Shown here piece after piece: positions 36,691-47,224 of a stretch of DNA of 64,000 nucleotides. Within the stretch, counting starts at the first letter, position 1. Each line of letters begins with the position of its first letter. The notes under the pieces were generated by a model. It saw only the letters and a list, made by a program, of their open reading frames with translations. It was not told the DNA's origin and ran no database searches. The position numbers were made by a program, and so were the translations under genes. The DNA is from a bacterium (GTDB taxonomy: Bacteria > Bacillota > Clostridia > Christensenellales > UBA3700): the NCBI GenBank assembly GCA_963592135.1, contig CAVAVP010000015.1:3272-67271 (forward strand), in the 5' to 3' direction.

Positions 36691-37341
36691 ATGAAAAAAT
36701 ATGAAGTTTATCAAGCAGTAAAAAACGAGGGCGTTGTAGTTGTCGTTAGAGGAAACTCAGTTGAACAAGCAATAAAGACTGTTGAAGCTTGTTATGCAGG
36801 CGGAATTAAAATTATAGAAATTACATTTACAGTTCCAAATGCAGATCAAATCATAAAAGCATTAGTTGAAAAATATAAAGGTACTGATATGATAGTTGGC
36901 GCTGGAACTGTTTTAGATCCAGAAACAGCGAGAGCTGCAATTCTTGCAGGTGCACAATTTATAGTATCTCCAGCATTAAATGTCGAAACAATAAAACTTT
37001 GTAATAGATATTCAGTAGCTGTTATGAGTGGTATATTTACTCCAACTGAAGCGATTACAGCTCTTGAGTATGGCGTAGATATATTAAAACTATTCCCAGG
37101 AGATGTAGCAACACCAAAGGGATTAAAAGCCTTAAAGGGACCTCTTCCAAATGCAAATATTATGCCAACGGGTGGAGTATCTTTAGATAATGTTGGTGAA
37201 TGGTTTAAAGCAGGAGCATATGCAGTAGGTGCTGGCTCATTTATTACTAAAGGCGCAAGTGTAGGAGACTACAAGGCTGTTGAAAACACATCAAGAGAAT
37301 TCGTTGAAAAAGTGCACTCAATTATCAAGGGAGATAAATAA
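36691..37341 (+). CDS. eda: 2-dehydro-3-deoxyphosphogluconate (KDPG) / KHG aldolase
   Basis: VVVVVRG...GGIKIIEITF...GAGTVL...KLFPG blocks. Start at ATG 36691 with GAGGTG RBS. Confidence 0.85.
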   Translation: MKKYEVYQAVKNEGVVVVVRGNSVEQAIKTVEACYAGGIKIIEITFTVPNADQIIKALVEKYKGTDMIVGAGTVLDPETARAAILAGAQFIVSPALNVETIKLCNRYSVAVMSGIFTPTEAITALEYGVDILKLFPGDVATPKGLKALKGPLPNANIMPTGGVSLDNVGEWFKAGAYAVGAGSFITKGASVGDYKAVENTSREFVEKVHSIIKGDK

Positions 37342-37342
37342 T

Positions 37343-38368
37343 ATGACAAAGGTTTTAACAGTTGGCGAAATAATGATGAGATTGCAACCATCTGGTTACA
37401 AAAGATTAATGCAAGCTGAATCTTTAGATTTAGTATTTGGTGGAGGAGAAGCAAATGTTGCGGTATCACTTGCTCAGTTTGGGGTTGATACAGTTTATTT
37501 TACAAAATTGCCACAAAACCCACTTGCAGATAAATGTATAAATACGCTACGTGGTTGGGGAGTAGATACAACAAAAATAGTTCGCGGTGGAGATAGAATG
37601 GGAATTTATTTTTGTGAAAAAGGCTGTTCTCAAAGAGGTAGCAATGTTATCTATGATAGAAAAAGTTCAGCTATTTCTCAAATGATTCCAAGTGATTTTG
37701 ATGTAGATGAAGTTCTTGATGGTGTTGAGTGGCTTCACTGGACAGGAATCACACCTGCCATATCGGATTCAGCAACTGAATGCATGAAGGTTTTACTAAA
37801 GGCCGCAAAAGAAAAGGGTATAACTGTTTCTTGCGACTTAAACTTTAGAAAGAAACTTTGGAGCAAAGAAAAAGCAAATAAGGTTATGAGCGAACTTGTA
37901 AAATATGTTGATGTTTTAATTTCAAATGAGGAAGATTCAAAAGATGTATTTTCAATAGAAGCAGATAACACGGATATAAATGCTGGTGTTATCTCAACGA
38001 AAGGATATGAAAGCATCGGCAAGAAACTTATGGAAAAGTTCCCTAATTTAAAATATGTAGCATTTACCTTAAGAGAAAGTATATCCGCAAGTGAAAATGG
38101 TTGGTCAGGAATGCTTATATCTAAAAATGGTGCTTTTAAATCAAAAAGATATTTAATTCAAATTGTAGATAGAGTGGGCGGTGGAGATAGTTTTGGCGCT
38201 GGTTTAATTTATGGTTTATATAGTAAAATGAATGAACAAGACGCTATAGAATACGCGGTAGCTGCTTCATGTTTAAAGCATACAATTGAAGGTGATTTTA
38301 ATATAGCAAGTGTTGAAGAGGTTAAGAAACTAGCAGGAGGCGACGGAAGTGGTAGAGTTCAAAGATAG
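37343..38368 (+). CDS. kdgK: 2-dehydro-3-deoxygluconokinase (PfkB family)
   Basis: VLTVGEIMMRL N-terminus, GGGEANVAVSLAQFG, and C-terminal GGGDSFGAGLIYG. The ATG lies 1 nt after the eda stop. Confidence 0.85.
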   Translation: MTKVLTVGEIMMRLQPSGYKRLMQAESLDLVFGGGEANVAVSLAQFGVDTVYFTKLPQNPLADKCINTLRGWGVDTTKIVRGGDRMGIYFCEKGCSQRGSNVIYDRKSSAISQMIPSDFDVDEVLDGVEWLHWTGITPAISDSATECMKVLLKAAKEKGITVSCDLNFRKKLWSKEKANKVMSELVKYVDVLISNEEDSKDVFSIEADNTDINAGVISTKGYESIGKKLMEKFPNLKYVAFTLRESISASENGWSGMLISKNGAFKSKRYLIQIVDRVGGGDSFGAGLIYGLYSKMNEQDAIEYAVAASCLKHTIEGDFNIASVEEVKKLAGGDGSGRVQR

Positions 38369-39716
38369 ACCAGTGAACTTATTAAAATCTAAATTTTCAG
38401 TAGATTTATATAAGCAAGTTAAAGATTTACCAATTATAGATTATCATTGTCATTTATCTCCAAAAGAGATTTATGAAGATAAGCCTTTCGATAACATTGG
38501 AGAAATGTGGCTTGGTGGCGATCATTATAAATGGAGATTAATGCGTTCAAATGGCGTTGACGAAAAATATATTACAGGGGAAGCTTCGTGGGAAGAAAAG
38601 TTTAATGCTTTTATTGAAACTGTTTCAACAGCTTATGGTAATCCTATAATGGACTGGGTTGCTCTAGAACTTGAGATGTTTTTTAATATAACGCTTCCTC
38701 TTAAAAAAGAAAATGCAAAGAAAATTTGGGATGAGGCAAATAAACAAATTAGAGAAAAGAAATTATCTCCAAGAAAACTAATATTAATGTCAAATGTTGA
38801 ATATATAGCAACAACTGACGATCCAACAGACTCTCTTGAGTATCACAAACTAATTGCTCAAGATGATTCATTTAATGTTAAGGTTGTTCCATCATTTAGA
38901 GTAGATAATATTTTACTTGCAAGAGATCCAAATTATACTAAATACATTGAAAAATTAAGTAAGATTTCTGGAATTGTAATTGAAAATTTAAAAGATTTAA
39001 AAAGTGCAATTGAAAAGAGAATGGATTACTGGGTATCTTTAGGATGTAAGTTCTCGGATGTAGGAATACAGGATTTCCCAACAAATATATCCTCAGTTGA
39101 AGAAGCTAATGAATCATTTAAAAAACTTCTTAAAGGCGAGAAAGTTTCGGATGAAAAGTACTTAGGCTTTATAGGAAATATGATGATATATCTTGGTGAG
39201 TGTTATTTTATGAGAGATATGGTAATGCAACTTCATATTGCCGTTACTAGAAATAGCAATTCCTTGATGTACGAAATTTGTGGAAAGGATTCAGGTTTTG
39301 ATTGTGTAGGTGATGTAATCCCTGTCAAGTATGTTAGAAATATCTTAGATAAATTAAATCTTGAGAATCAATTACCTCAAACAATTATTTATACACTAAA
39401 TCCAACAATGAACTATACATTAATTACACTTTGCGGTGCATTTAGAGATGTGCACATGGGAATTTCTTGGTGGTTTGTAGATCATAAGAGAGGAATGTAT
39501 GAAATACTAGAAAATGTATCAGAACTTCTACATATTAAATCAATGGTAGGTATGCTTACTGATTCAAGAAGTTTTCTATCTTATGTAAGGCACGATTATT
39601 ATAGACAAATAGTTTGTGACTTTTTAGGTGGAATAATTAAAGAATGCGATGAAAATGCAATAAATATTGTAAAGGCACTTTGTTATCAAAATGCAAAAGA
39701 TATTATAGGAGAGTAA
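38349..39716 (+). CDS. uxaC: Glucuronate isomerase
   Basis: [15 protein letters not shown] hallmark. Length ~455 aa. GTG 38349 has AGGAGG 10 nt upstream and overlaps the kdgK 3' end. Confidence 0.85.
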   Translation: MVEFKDRPVNLLKSKFSVDLYKQVKDLPIIDYHCHLSPKEIYEDKPFDNIGEMWLGGDHYKWRLMRSNGVDEKYITGEASWEEKFNAFIETVSTAYGNPIMDWVALELEMFFNITLPLKKENAKKIWDEANKQIREKKLSPRKLILMSNVEYIATTDDPTDSLEYHKLIAQDDSFNVKVVPSFRVDNILLARDPNYTKYIEKLSKISGIVIENLKDLKSAIEKRMDYWVSLGCKFSDVGIQDFPTNISSVEEANESFKKLLKGEKVSDEKYLGFIGNMMIYLGECYFMRDMVMQLHIAVTRNSNSLMYEICGKDSGFDCVGDVIPVKYVRNILDKLNLENQLPQTIIYTLNPTMNYTLITLCGAFRDVHMGISWWFVDHKRGMYEILENVSELLHIKSMVGMLTDSRSFLSYVRHDYYRQIVCDFLGGIIKECDENAINIVKALCYQNAKDIIGE

Positions 39717-39718
39717 TT

Positions 39719-40765
39719 ATGAGTTTTAAAATGACGTTCCGTTGGTACGGAGAAAATGACAAGATTACATTAGATTATATAAGACAAATTCCAGCAGTAA
39801 CTGGTATTGTTTCTGCAATTTATGATGTACCAGTTGGCGAGGTTTGGCCAATGGAAAATATCTTAAAAATGAAAAAACAATGTAATGATAAGGGGCTTAG
39901 TTTTGAAGTTGTTGAATCAGTTCCAGTACATGAGGATATAAAACTTGGAAATGCTAATGCTAAAAAGTACATTGAAAATTATAAAGAAAATATAAGACGA
40001 CTAGGAAAAGCAGGTGTTAAATGTATTTGCTATAACTTTATGCCAGTATTTGATTGGTTAAGAAGTAATTTATCAAAAGAACTTACCGATGGTTCATATG
40101 CTCTAGCATATGATCATGCAACAGTTTTATCTATGAATCCATTAACATCAGAGCTTTCTCTTCCAGGTTGGGATTCAAGTTATACAAAGGAAGGACTAAA
40201 AGATTTATTAAATCAATATAAAGATATTGATGAAGAAAAACTATGGGAGAACATGGGAGTGTTTTTAAAGGAAATTATTCCTGTTGCAGAGGAAAGTGGA
40301 ATTAAAATGGCAATACATCCTGATGATCCTCCATGGGGAATATTTGGACTTCCAAGAGTTATAACAAACAAAGCGAACTTAGAAAGATTTTTAAAGATTG
40401 TGGATTCACCTGCAAATGGTGTAACGCTTTGTACAGGCTCGCTTGGAGTTTCTACGACAAATGATATCGTTGATTTAGTTAAGACTTGCAAGGGTAGAAT
40501 GCCGTTTGTTCATTTAAGAAATATTAAAATAACAGGAGATCATTGCTTTGAAGAGTCAGGACATTTATCTTCAAAAGGCTCTTTAGACATGTATGCAATC
40601 ATTAAAGCATTAAATGATGATGGATTTGATGGTTATGTTCGTCCAGACCATGGAAGAATGATTTGGGGAGAAACAGGAAGACCAGGTTATGGTCTATATG
40701 ATAGAGCACTTGGTGCTATGTATTTACAAGGAATTATAGAAGCTGTAGAAAAGGCTAATAAATAG
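39719..40765 (+). CDS. uxuA: Mannonate dehydratase
   Basis: [15 protein letters not shown]-terminus, HPDDPPW and RPDHG blocks. RBS GGAGAG. Confidence 0.9.
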   Translation: MSFKMTFRWYGENDKITLDYIRQIPAVTGIVSAIYDVPVGEVWPMENILKMKKQCNDKGLSFEVVESVPVHEDIKLGNANAKKYIENYKENIRRLGKAGVKCICYNFMPVFDWLRSNLSKELTDGSYALAYDHATVLSMNPLTSELSLPGWDSSYTKEGLKDLLNQYKDIDEEKLWENMGVFLKEIIPVAEESGIKMAIHPDDPPWGIFGLPRVITNKANLERFLKIVDSPANGVTLCTGSLGVSTTNDIVDLVKTCKGRMPFVHLRNIKITGDHCFEESGHLSSKGSLDMYAIIKALNDDGFDGYVRPDHGRMIWGETGRPGYGLYDRALGAMYLQGIIEAVEKANK

Positions 40766-40776
40766 GAGGAATTTTT

Positions 40777-41613
40777 ATGAAAGTAGATATGAGAGGTGAA
40801 GTTGTAGTAATTACTGCAGGTGGTGGCGTTATTTGTGGCGCAATGGCAAAAGAATATGCTAAAAATGGAGCAAAGGTTGCCGTTTTGGACTTAAAAGAAG
40901 ATGCAGCAAAAGTAATTGCCGATGAAATAGTTAAAGATGGAGGAGTAGCAAAAGCTTATGGTGTTAACTGCCTAGAGATAGAATCTCTTGAAAAAGCTCA
41001 TCAAGCAATATTAAAAGATTTAGGAAAATGTACAATCCTTGTTAATGGAGCTGGTGGTAATAATCCTAAAGGTACAACAACTAATGAGTATTTTGATAAA
41101 TTAGATTTAGATGATCCTACAAAGGTATCTTTCTTTGATTTAGACCCAAATGGTGTAGATTTTGTTTTCAAGATTAATTTCTTAGGAACATTCTTAACAA
41201 CCCAAGTATTTGCTAAAGATATGTTAGATAATGGTGGTTGTGTTATAAATATTTCATCGATGAATGCTTTTAGACCATTAACTAAGATTCCTGCATACTC
41301 AGGTGCTAAGGCAGCTGTATCTAACTTTACTCAATGGCTTGCTGTTCACTTTGCTGGTGCTAATATTAGAGTAAACGCTATTGCTCCAGGATTTTTCGTA
41401 ACAAATCAAAATAGAGCATTATTATACAACAGCGATGGAACACCAACTCCAAGAACAGGAAAAATTATAGCTGGAACTCCAATGAGAAAGTTTGGTGAAA
41501 TTAGTGATTTAATGGGAGCTACAATGTTCTTGTCAGATAAGAGCGCATCAGGATTTATAACGGGGGTTGTACTTCCAATTGATGGTGGTTTTTCAGCATA
41601 TTCAGGAGTTTAA
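40777..41613 (+). CDS. uxuB: SDR-type D-mannonate oxidoreductase (fructuronate reductase, YjmF/UxuB-like)
   Basis: TAGGGVICG cofactor motif and YSGAKAA catalytic motif. Length 278 aa. Position next to uxuA. Confidence 0.7.
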   Translation: MKVDMRGEVVVITAGGGVICGAMAKEYAKNGAKVAVLDLKEDAAKVIADEIVKDGGVAKAYGVNCLEIESLEKAHQAILKDLGKCTILVNGAGGNNPKGTTTNEYFDKLDLDDPTKVSFFDLDPNGVDFVFKINFLGTFLTTQVFAKDMLDNGGCVINISSMNAFRPLTKIPAYSGAKAAVSNFTQWLAVHFAGANIRVNAIAPGFFVTNQNRALLYNSDGTPTPRTGKIIAGTPMRKFGEISDLMGATMFLSDKSASGFITGVVLPIDGGFSAYSGV

Positions 41614-41631
41614 TAAAGTAAGGAAAATTTT

Positions 41632-42927
41632 ATGGAAGAAGTAAAAGTTGCGATATTAGGTTTAGGTAATAGGGGAAAAAATTATGGCGGACACTTAGCA
41701 TTACAAGAAGGTGTTAAGATTGTTGCCATATGCGACAGGTATCAAGAAAAAATCGACAAGGTAAAGACTGTATGGGGAGTTGCTGATGAGATGTGCTTTA
41801 CAGATGAGGATAAATTCTTTGGACTTGGCAAAATTGCAGATACTATGGTTATTGCAACACAAGATAGAGATCATTATGGTCATGCGATGAAAGCATTGAA
41901 ACTTGGCTATAATCTTATGATAGAAAAACCTCTATCTCCAAATATTAATGAGTGCTTAGAGATGGAAGAATATGCGAGAAAACAAAATTGTAAAGTTTTA
42001 GTTTGCCATGTTTTAAGATATGCTCATTACTATAAGAAAATTAAGGAAATAATTGATTCTGGTATCCTTGGAAAGATAGTTTTAATTAATCATGACGAAG
42101 ATGTTGCTTATTGGCATTTTTGCCATAGCTATGTAAGAGGAAATTGGAGAGTCGAAGAAGAGACAAGTCCACTGCTTCTTGCAAAGTGCTGCCATGATAT
42201 GGATTTAATGTATTGGTACGCTGGTTCAAAGGCAAAGAGCGTTTCTTCATACGCATCGTTAAACTATTTTAAAAAGGAAAACGCACCAGAGGGTGCTACA
42301 GATACTTGTTTTGATTGTCCAAACAAAGATACGTGTAAGTTTGAATGTACTTACCAATATATTGGCAGAAAAAAGGGTATTTTTAAAGAAAAGAAAAAAT
42401 ATAAATGGAAGCCATATGCTTTTTGTATTTCAAATAAGCCAGAGGATATTATAGATAAATTAAAGAATGACGAAAGAGGAAAACTTTGGTCAAGATGTGT
42501 ATTTAAATGTGATAATGATGTTGTAGATTGTCAAACTGTAAATATGGAAATGGAAAATGGAATAAAAGTAATGCTTAATGTTAACGCATTTAATGAACAT
42601 GACCATAGACATACAGAAATACATGGTTCGAACGGTATTTTAATTGCAGATGATTCGGGTTCTGTTTTAAGGCTTCAATTATTTGGGAAAAAAGAAAAGA
42701 AAATTGTTGTTAACCTAATTCCTGTAATAAAAGGACACTTTGGTGGTGACCAAGGAGTTATAAAGGCAACAATAGATTTAGTTAGGGGGCAAATTGATCT
42801 AAATGGTCAATACACTTGGATTAAAGACACAATAGAAAGCCATAGAATTTGTGCTGCTGCAGATTTGTCTAGAAAAGAAAATGGAAGAAAGGTAGATATG
42901 ACTGAAATTCCAGATATAAGAGAGTAA
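41632..42927 (+). CDS. Gfo/Idh/MocA-family NAD(P) oxidoreductase with Cys-rich C-terminal inserts
   Basis: Rossmann VAILGLGNRG, EKP motif MIEKPL, HSYVRGNWR and CCHDMDL blocks. Cys clusters CFDCPNKDTCKFEC and CVFKCDNDVVDC. Confidence 0.8.
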   Translation: MEEVKVAILGLGNRGKNYGGHLALQEGVKIVAICDRYQEKIDKVKTVWGVADEMCFTDEDKFFGLGKIADTMVIATQDRDHYGHAMKALKLGYNLMIEKPLSPNINECLEMEEYARKQNCKVLVCHVLRYAHYYKKIKEIIDSGILGKIVLINHDEDVAYWHFCHSYVRGNWRVEEETSPLLLAKCCHDMDLMYWYAGSKAKSVSSYASLNYFKKENAPEGATDTCFDCPNKDTCKFECTYQYIGRKKGIFKEKKKYKWKPYAFCISNKPEDIIDKLKNDERGKLWSRCVFKCDNDVVDCQTVNMEMENGIKVMLNVNAFNEHDHRHTEIHGSNGILIADDSGSVLRLQLFGKKEKKIVVNLIPVIKGHFGGDQGVIKATIDLVRGQIDLNGQYTWIKDTIESHRICAAADLSRKENGRKVDMTEIPDIRE

Positions 42928-42940
42928 AGTAGGGGTTTAT

Positions 42941-43582
42941 ATGATTACTGCACATGGTGGTTCATTTGGTTCTGGTAGAAATTCGCATAGTTATTTAAAT
43001 AATGTCGATGTGTATGAGGCCGACGCAATAGAAGTAGATATATATAAAAATTTTGGAATATTGTATATATCTCATATGCCAGCTCCATTTACTTGTTGGA
43101 AAAAGATAAGACTTAGAGAAGTATTTAAACTTGTAAAAGAAAAAGAAATAAAAGTTAATTGTGATTTAAAACAACATGGTATTATAAAAGATGTAATAAA
43201 CTTAGCCAAAAGTATGGGAATGGAAAATCAATTAATCTTTACAGGTAGTGTAAGAGAATCAGATTATAAAATTATTGATTGTGGAGAAGTATGGTTAAAT
43301 AAAATGAAAGGAATTTCTTATTCAACTAAAAATGTGCCACAAATTAAAGCAAGGTTAGATAGTTTTAACAACCCAAGATTTAAAGGAATTAATATAAATT
43401 ATAGAAAACTTTCTGGAAAGTTTATAGAAACATGTAAAATGTATAATGTACCAATAAGTGCATTCACTATAGATAATGTAAATAAGTTGTTAAAGTTGGT
43501 GCCTATTATTGATGGCAATATAACAACCAATTTGCCTTTAGTAGCAAGGTCTATATTAAATAAGTCAAAAAAGGAGAATTAA
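42941..43582 (+). CDS. Glycerophosphodiester phosphodiesterase (GDPD)-like protein, short form
   Basis: ITAHGGS (HRG position), ADAIEVDI (E-x-D), YISHM, VNCDLK, FTIDN and IDGNITTNLP are colinear with GDPD blocks. Length is only 213 aa. Confidence 0.55.
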   Translation: MITAHGGSFGSGRNSHSYLNNVDVYEADAIEVDIYKNFGILYISHMPAPFTCWKKIRLREVFKLVKEKEIKVNCDLKQHGIIKDVINLAKSMGMENQLIFTGSVRESDYKIIDCGEVWLNKMKGISYSTKNVPQIKARLDSFNNPRFKGININYRKLSGKFIETCKMYNVPISAFTIDNVNKLLKLVPIIDGNITTNLPLVARSILNKSKKEN

Positions 43583-43583
43583 G

Positions 43584-44732
43584 ATGGTAAACGTTGCGGT
43601 TATAGGCGTTGGAAGAATGGGTTCTAAACATGCAAAAAATTTATCTAAGTGGGTTAAAAATGCACACCTTGTTTCAATATGTGATTTAAATCCACAACTT
43701 CTAAATAAGTTTTCAAAAGAATTACATATAAAAGGTTATCAAGACTATAAGGAAATGATAGAAAAAGAAAATTTAGACGCAGTTGTTATTGCAACACCTC
43801 ATTATTCTCATGTAAAAATTGCAAAAGATTGTATAAATAAAGGTTTAAATGTTTTGTGTGAAAAACCTATATCAGTTACAACTAAAGAAGCAAAAGAAAT
43901 TATAGATTTATATAATGAAAATCAAAACTTGATTTGTGCTATGATGTATAACCAAAGAACAAATCAAATGTATAAAAAAGCAAAAGAATTAATAGAAAGT
44001 GGAAGTATAGGTAAAATTCAAAGAGTTAATTTTATTATTACTGATTGGTATAGAGCTCAATTTTATTACAATATGGGAGGCTGGAGAGCTTCTTGGAGTG
44101 GAGAGGGCGGGGGTACCCTTATAAATCAATGTGTTCATCAAATAGATTTAATACAATGGCTTTGCGGTATGCCAAAAAAGATATACGCACATTCAAAAAC
44201 TGTAGGAAGAAGAATTACAACAGAAAATGATGTTACGGCAATAATGAAGTTTGATGATTTTGACTGTGTATTTACGGCTTCTACTCATGAAATTCCTGGA
44301 ACGAATAGATTAGAAATTGCAGGAGATAAAGGAAAGATTGTTATTAATAGTCTTACTATGAACTACACTTTAAATAAAATGAGTGAAAGTGAAGTTAATA
44401 AAAGGGCTAAAAGAGATTATGGAAATAAATCAGATAAAAAGGGAAAGAAACATTACACTTGGTATGGTTTAAAGAATGTAATAAAGGATGGATTTAGAGG
44501 CCAACAATGCAATATTTTAGACAACTTTATTGAGGCTGTTGAAACTAAAAATAAAGATATGCTTGTAGCAAAATTAGATGATGGCTTAAATGCTTTAACT
44601 ATTATAAATGCACTTAATTTAGCTTCATGGGAAGAAACGGAAATTGATATTCCTTTTGATGAGGATAAATATAATGAACTCTTAAGGATAAGAGTTGATG
44701 CCGAAAAAGTTACAATGGAAGATGAAGAGTAA
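43584..44732 (+). CDS. Gfo/Idh/MocA-family oxidoreductase (paralog A)
   Basis: VAVIGVGRMG, CEKPIS, and a shared block WYRAQFYYNMGGWRASWSGEGGGTLINQCVHQIDL. Confidence 0.8.
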   Translation: MVNVAVIGVGRMGSKHAKNLSKWVKNAHLVSICDLNPQLLNKFSKELHIKGYQDYKEMIEKENLDAVVIATPHYSHVKIAKDCINKGLNVLCEKPISVTTKEAKEIIDLYNENQNLICAMMYNQRTNQMYKKAKELIESGSIGKIQRVNFIITDWYRAQFYYNMGGWRASWSGEGGGTLINQCVHQIDLIQWLCGMPKKIYAHSKTVGRRITTENDVTAIMKFDDFDCVFTASTHEIPGTNRLEIAGDKGKIVINSLTMNYTLNKMSESEVNKRAKRDYGNKSDKKGKKHYTWYGLKNVIKDGFRGQQCNILDNFIEAVETKNKDMLVAKLDDGLNALTIINALNLASWEETEIDIPFDEDKYNELLRIRVDAEKVTMEDEE

Positions 44733-44742
44733 GGAGATATAT

Positions 44743-45693
44743 ATGTCTAACGTTAAAATTTCAGGATTTTATGATGAAGCAAATCCAAACATTGAGGAAC
44801 AATGTAAGTTAGTTGTTTCATTTAATGAAAAATATCTTTGTCCAAGAAGAATAAAAAAAGATAAAGAAATTACTGATTATACAAAAGAAGAATTTGAACA
44901 AGAAGTAAAACCAATTTTAGATAAATATGGTGTTAAGTTTTCATCTATTGGTTCAAAAATTGGAAAGATGAATCTTTATGATAATGAATCTTTTGAAATC
45001 CAAAAAAATAAATTAAAAGAGCTTGTAAAAATAGCTCAAATTATGGATTGCAAATACATAAGAATATTCTCGTTTTTTGTTGATTCAAAAGGAAATTATG
45101 ATGAATATTTCCCTGAGGTTGTTAGAAAATTAAATGGCTTTTTAGAAATAGTAAAGGGAACTGATATTGTTCTTTTACATGAAAATGAAAAGAAGATATT
45201 TGGAGATATTCCAGATAGAGTTAAAAAATTGTATAATGAGTTAAATGATCCTCAATTTAAACTTGTATTTGACGCTTCAAATTATATTCAATGTGATGTA
45301 GATGCAAAAATGGCCTATGAGGAACTAAAGGATATTACAGAATATTATCATATTAAAGATTGCTCTAAAGAAAAAGTTGAAGTTCCAATAGGAATGGGTG
45401 AGGGTGATTATGAACATATGATTTATGACTTAATTGTAAATAGAAATTATGATGGATTTTTAACACTTGAGCCTCATACTGGGAAATATGCAATAGGAAG
45501 AAATTATACAAAGATTTTATTCCCAATTACAAATTTAATTCCCATAACTAAAAATTGGAAGAAAGTTTTTGATAAAATAGACGAAAAGATGGGGATTAAA
45601 AAGAGTGAAAAAGTTTCAACTGCACAAATATTTAAATGGCAATATGATGGCCTAAAAAAGATGATAGAAAATGCGGAGCAAAAGGAGAATTAA
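44743..45693 (+). CDS. Xylose-isomerase-like TIM-barrel protein (sugar phosphate isomerase/epimerase family)
   Basis: AAGGAG RBS. Blocks YIRIFSF, LHENE and FLTLEPH are typical of the AP endonuclease 2/TIM family. Confidence 0.7.
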   Translation: MSNVKISGFYDEANPNIEEQCKLVVSFNEKYLCPRRIKKDKEITDYTKEEFEQEVKPILDKYGVKFSSIGSKIGKMNLYDNESFEIQKNKLKELVKIAQIMDCKYIRIFSFFVDSKGNYDEYFPEVVRKLNGFLEIVKGTDIVLLHENEKKIFGDIPDRVKKLYNELNDPQFKLVFDASNYIQCDVDAKMAYEELKDITEYYHIKDCSKEKVEVPIGMGEGDYEHMIYDLIVNRNYDGFLTLEPHTGKYAIGRNYTKILFPITNLIPITKNWKKVFDKIDEKMGIKKSEKVSTAQIFKWQYDGLKKMIENAEQKEN

Positions 45694-45695
45694 TT

Positions 45696-46019
45696 ATGAA
45701 AAATATCGATAAAAAGAAAGTTTTAGTACTAAAGGATGAAGTAAAATATTGTGATGGACAAGTTGTAAGTAAAACATTAGAACAAAACAATCATCATTCT
45801 GTTACTCTATTTTCTTTGGATAAAGGTGAAGAAATTTCATCACATAGAGCAGGCGGCGATGCCTTTGTGTATGTTCTTGATGGAAAATGTGAAATAACTA
45901 TTGATGAAGATAAGTTTGTACTAACTGAGGGAAACAGTATAGTAATGCCTAAAGATCATCCACACGCATTACTTGCGCTTGAAAAATTTAAAATGTTACT
46001 TGTTGTTTGTTTTGATTAA
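45696..46019 (+). CDS. Cupin-domain protein (107 aa)
   Basis: GEEISSHRAGGDAFVYVLDG...MPKDHPHAL corresponds to the two cupin motifs. Confidence 0.7.
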   Translation: MKNIDKKKVLVLKDEVKYCDGQVVSKTLEQNNHHSVTLFSLDKGEEISSHRAGGDAFVYVLDGKCEITIDEDKFVLTEGNSIVMPKDHPHALLALEKFKMLLVVCFD

Positions 46020-46040
46020 TAAAAAAGGAGAAAAAAAATT

Positions 46041-47213
46041 ATGAATAAAGTTAGATATGGTATTGTGGGCATAGGAAAACAAGGATCAAAATACGCTGAA
46101 TTTATATATAAAGGTTTAGATAAAAATGGTGTACTTGCGGCAGTTTGTGATATAAGCAAAGAAAGAAGAGACTGGGCAGAGCAAAATTTAAGAGGTGTTA
46201 AAATTTTTGAAGATTATAATGAAATGTTCAAAAGTGGACTTATTGATGCAGTTCTTGTTGAAACACCACATTACCAACACCCCGTAATTCTAAAAGATGC
46301 ATTAGATGCAAATTTACATGTTATGTCGGATAAGCCAGCGGGTGTTTATACAAAAGCTGTCAGAGAAGCAGCAGAGTACGCAAAAACAAAACCTGAATTA
46401 AAATGTGCTCTTTTATTAAATCAAAGAACAAATAAAGTATATAAAGAAGCAAAGAAAATTATTGATTCTGGAGAACTTGGCGAATTAAAGAGAATAGTTT
46501 GGATTATTACAAACTGGTATAGACCACAAGCATACTATGACCAAGGTGGCTGGAGAGGTACTTGGAATGGCGAAGGTGGTGGAGTTTTAATTAACCAAGA
46601 TCCACACCAACTAGATTTATTCACATGGCTTGCTGGTCAAAAGATGACAAAAGTTTGGGCTACGGCAAAAACTGTTGGTAGAAAAATTAATGTAGAAAAT
46701 GATGTTACTGCATGCTGCGAATTTGAAAATGGTGCCACTGGTGTGTTTATTACATCAACTCATGATGCACCAGGGACAAATAGATTGGAAATTACAGGAG
46801 ATGGCGGAAAGATTGTTATTTATGGTAAAAACGACTTATCTATGAAGTTAGAGTTTACTAAAAACGATATGTTAGAACCAGAATTTTCAAAAGTTAATAA
46901 AGTATTTATGGGCAAACCAAAAACTACAACTAAGAAAATTAAATACTCTCCATGTGAAGTTTTAAGAATGTTAATTAAAAATTATGGATTCCAACATCCA
47001 GATGTTATAAGAAATTTTTCAAATGTAATTTTAGGAAATGAAAAAGAATTAATCGGAAGATATGAAGAAGGCTTAAATGGTTTAACATTCTCAAATGCAA
47101 TTCATTTATCTTCATGGACTGGTAAGGAAATTACACTTCCAATGGAAGAGGATTTATTTATAGAAGAACTTGAAAAGAGAAAACAAGAAGAAAACGCTAA
47201 ATCTGACAAATAA
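46041..47213 (+). CDS. Gfo/Idh/MocA-family oxidoreductase (paralog B)
   Basis: YGIVGIGKQG, SDKPAG, and the shared block WYRPQAYYDQGGWRGTWNGEGGGVLINQDPHQLDL. Confidence 0.8.
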   Translation: MNKVRYGIVGIGKQGSKYAEFIYKGLDKNGVLAAVCDISKERRDWAEQNLRGVKIFEDYNEMFKSGLIDAVLVETPHYQHPVILKDALDANLHVMSDKPAGVYTKAVREAAEYAKTKPELKCALLLNQRTNKVYKEAKKIIDSGELGELKRIVWIITNWYRPQAYYDQGGWRGTWNGEGGGVLINQDPHQLDLFTWLAGQKMTKVWATAKTVGRKINVENDVTACCEFENGATGVFITSTHDAPGTNRLEITGDGGKIVIYGKNDLSMKLEFTKNDMLEPEFSKVNKVFMGKPKTTTKKIKYSPCEVLRMLIKNYGFQHPDVIRNFSNVILGNEKELIGRYEEGLNGLTFSNAIHLSSWTGKEITLPMEEDLFIEELEKRKQEENAKSDK

Positions 47214-47224
47214 AAAGGTGAAAA

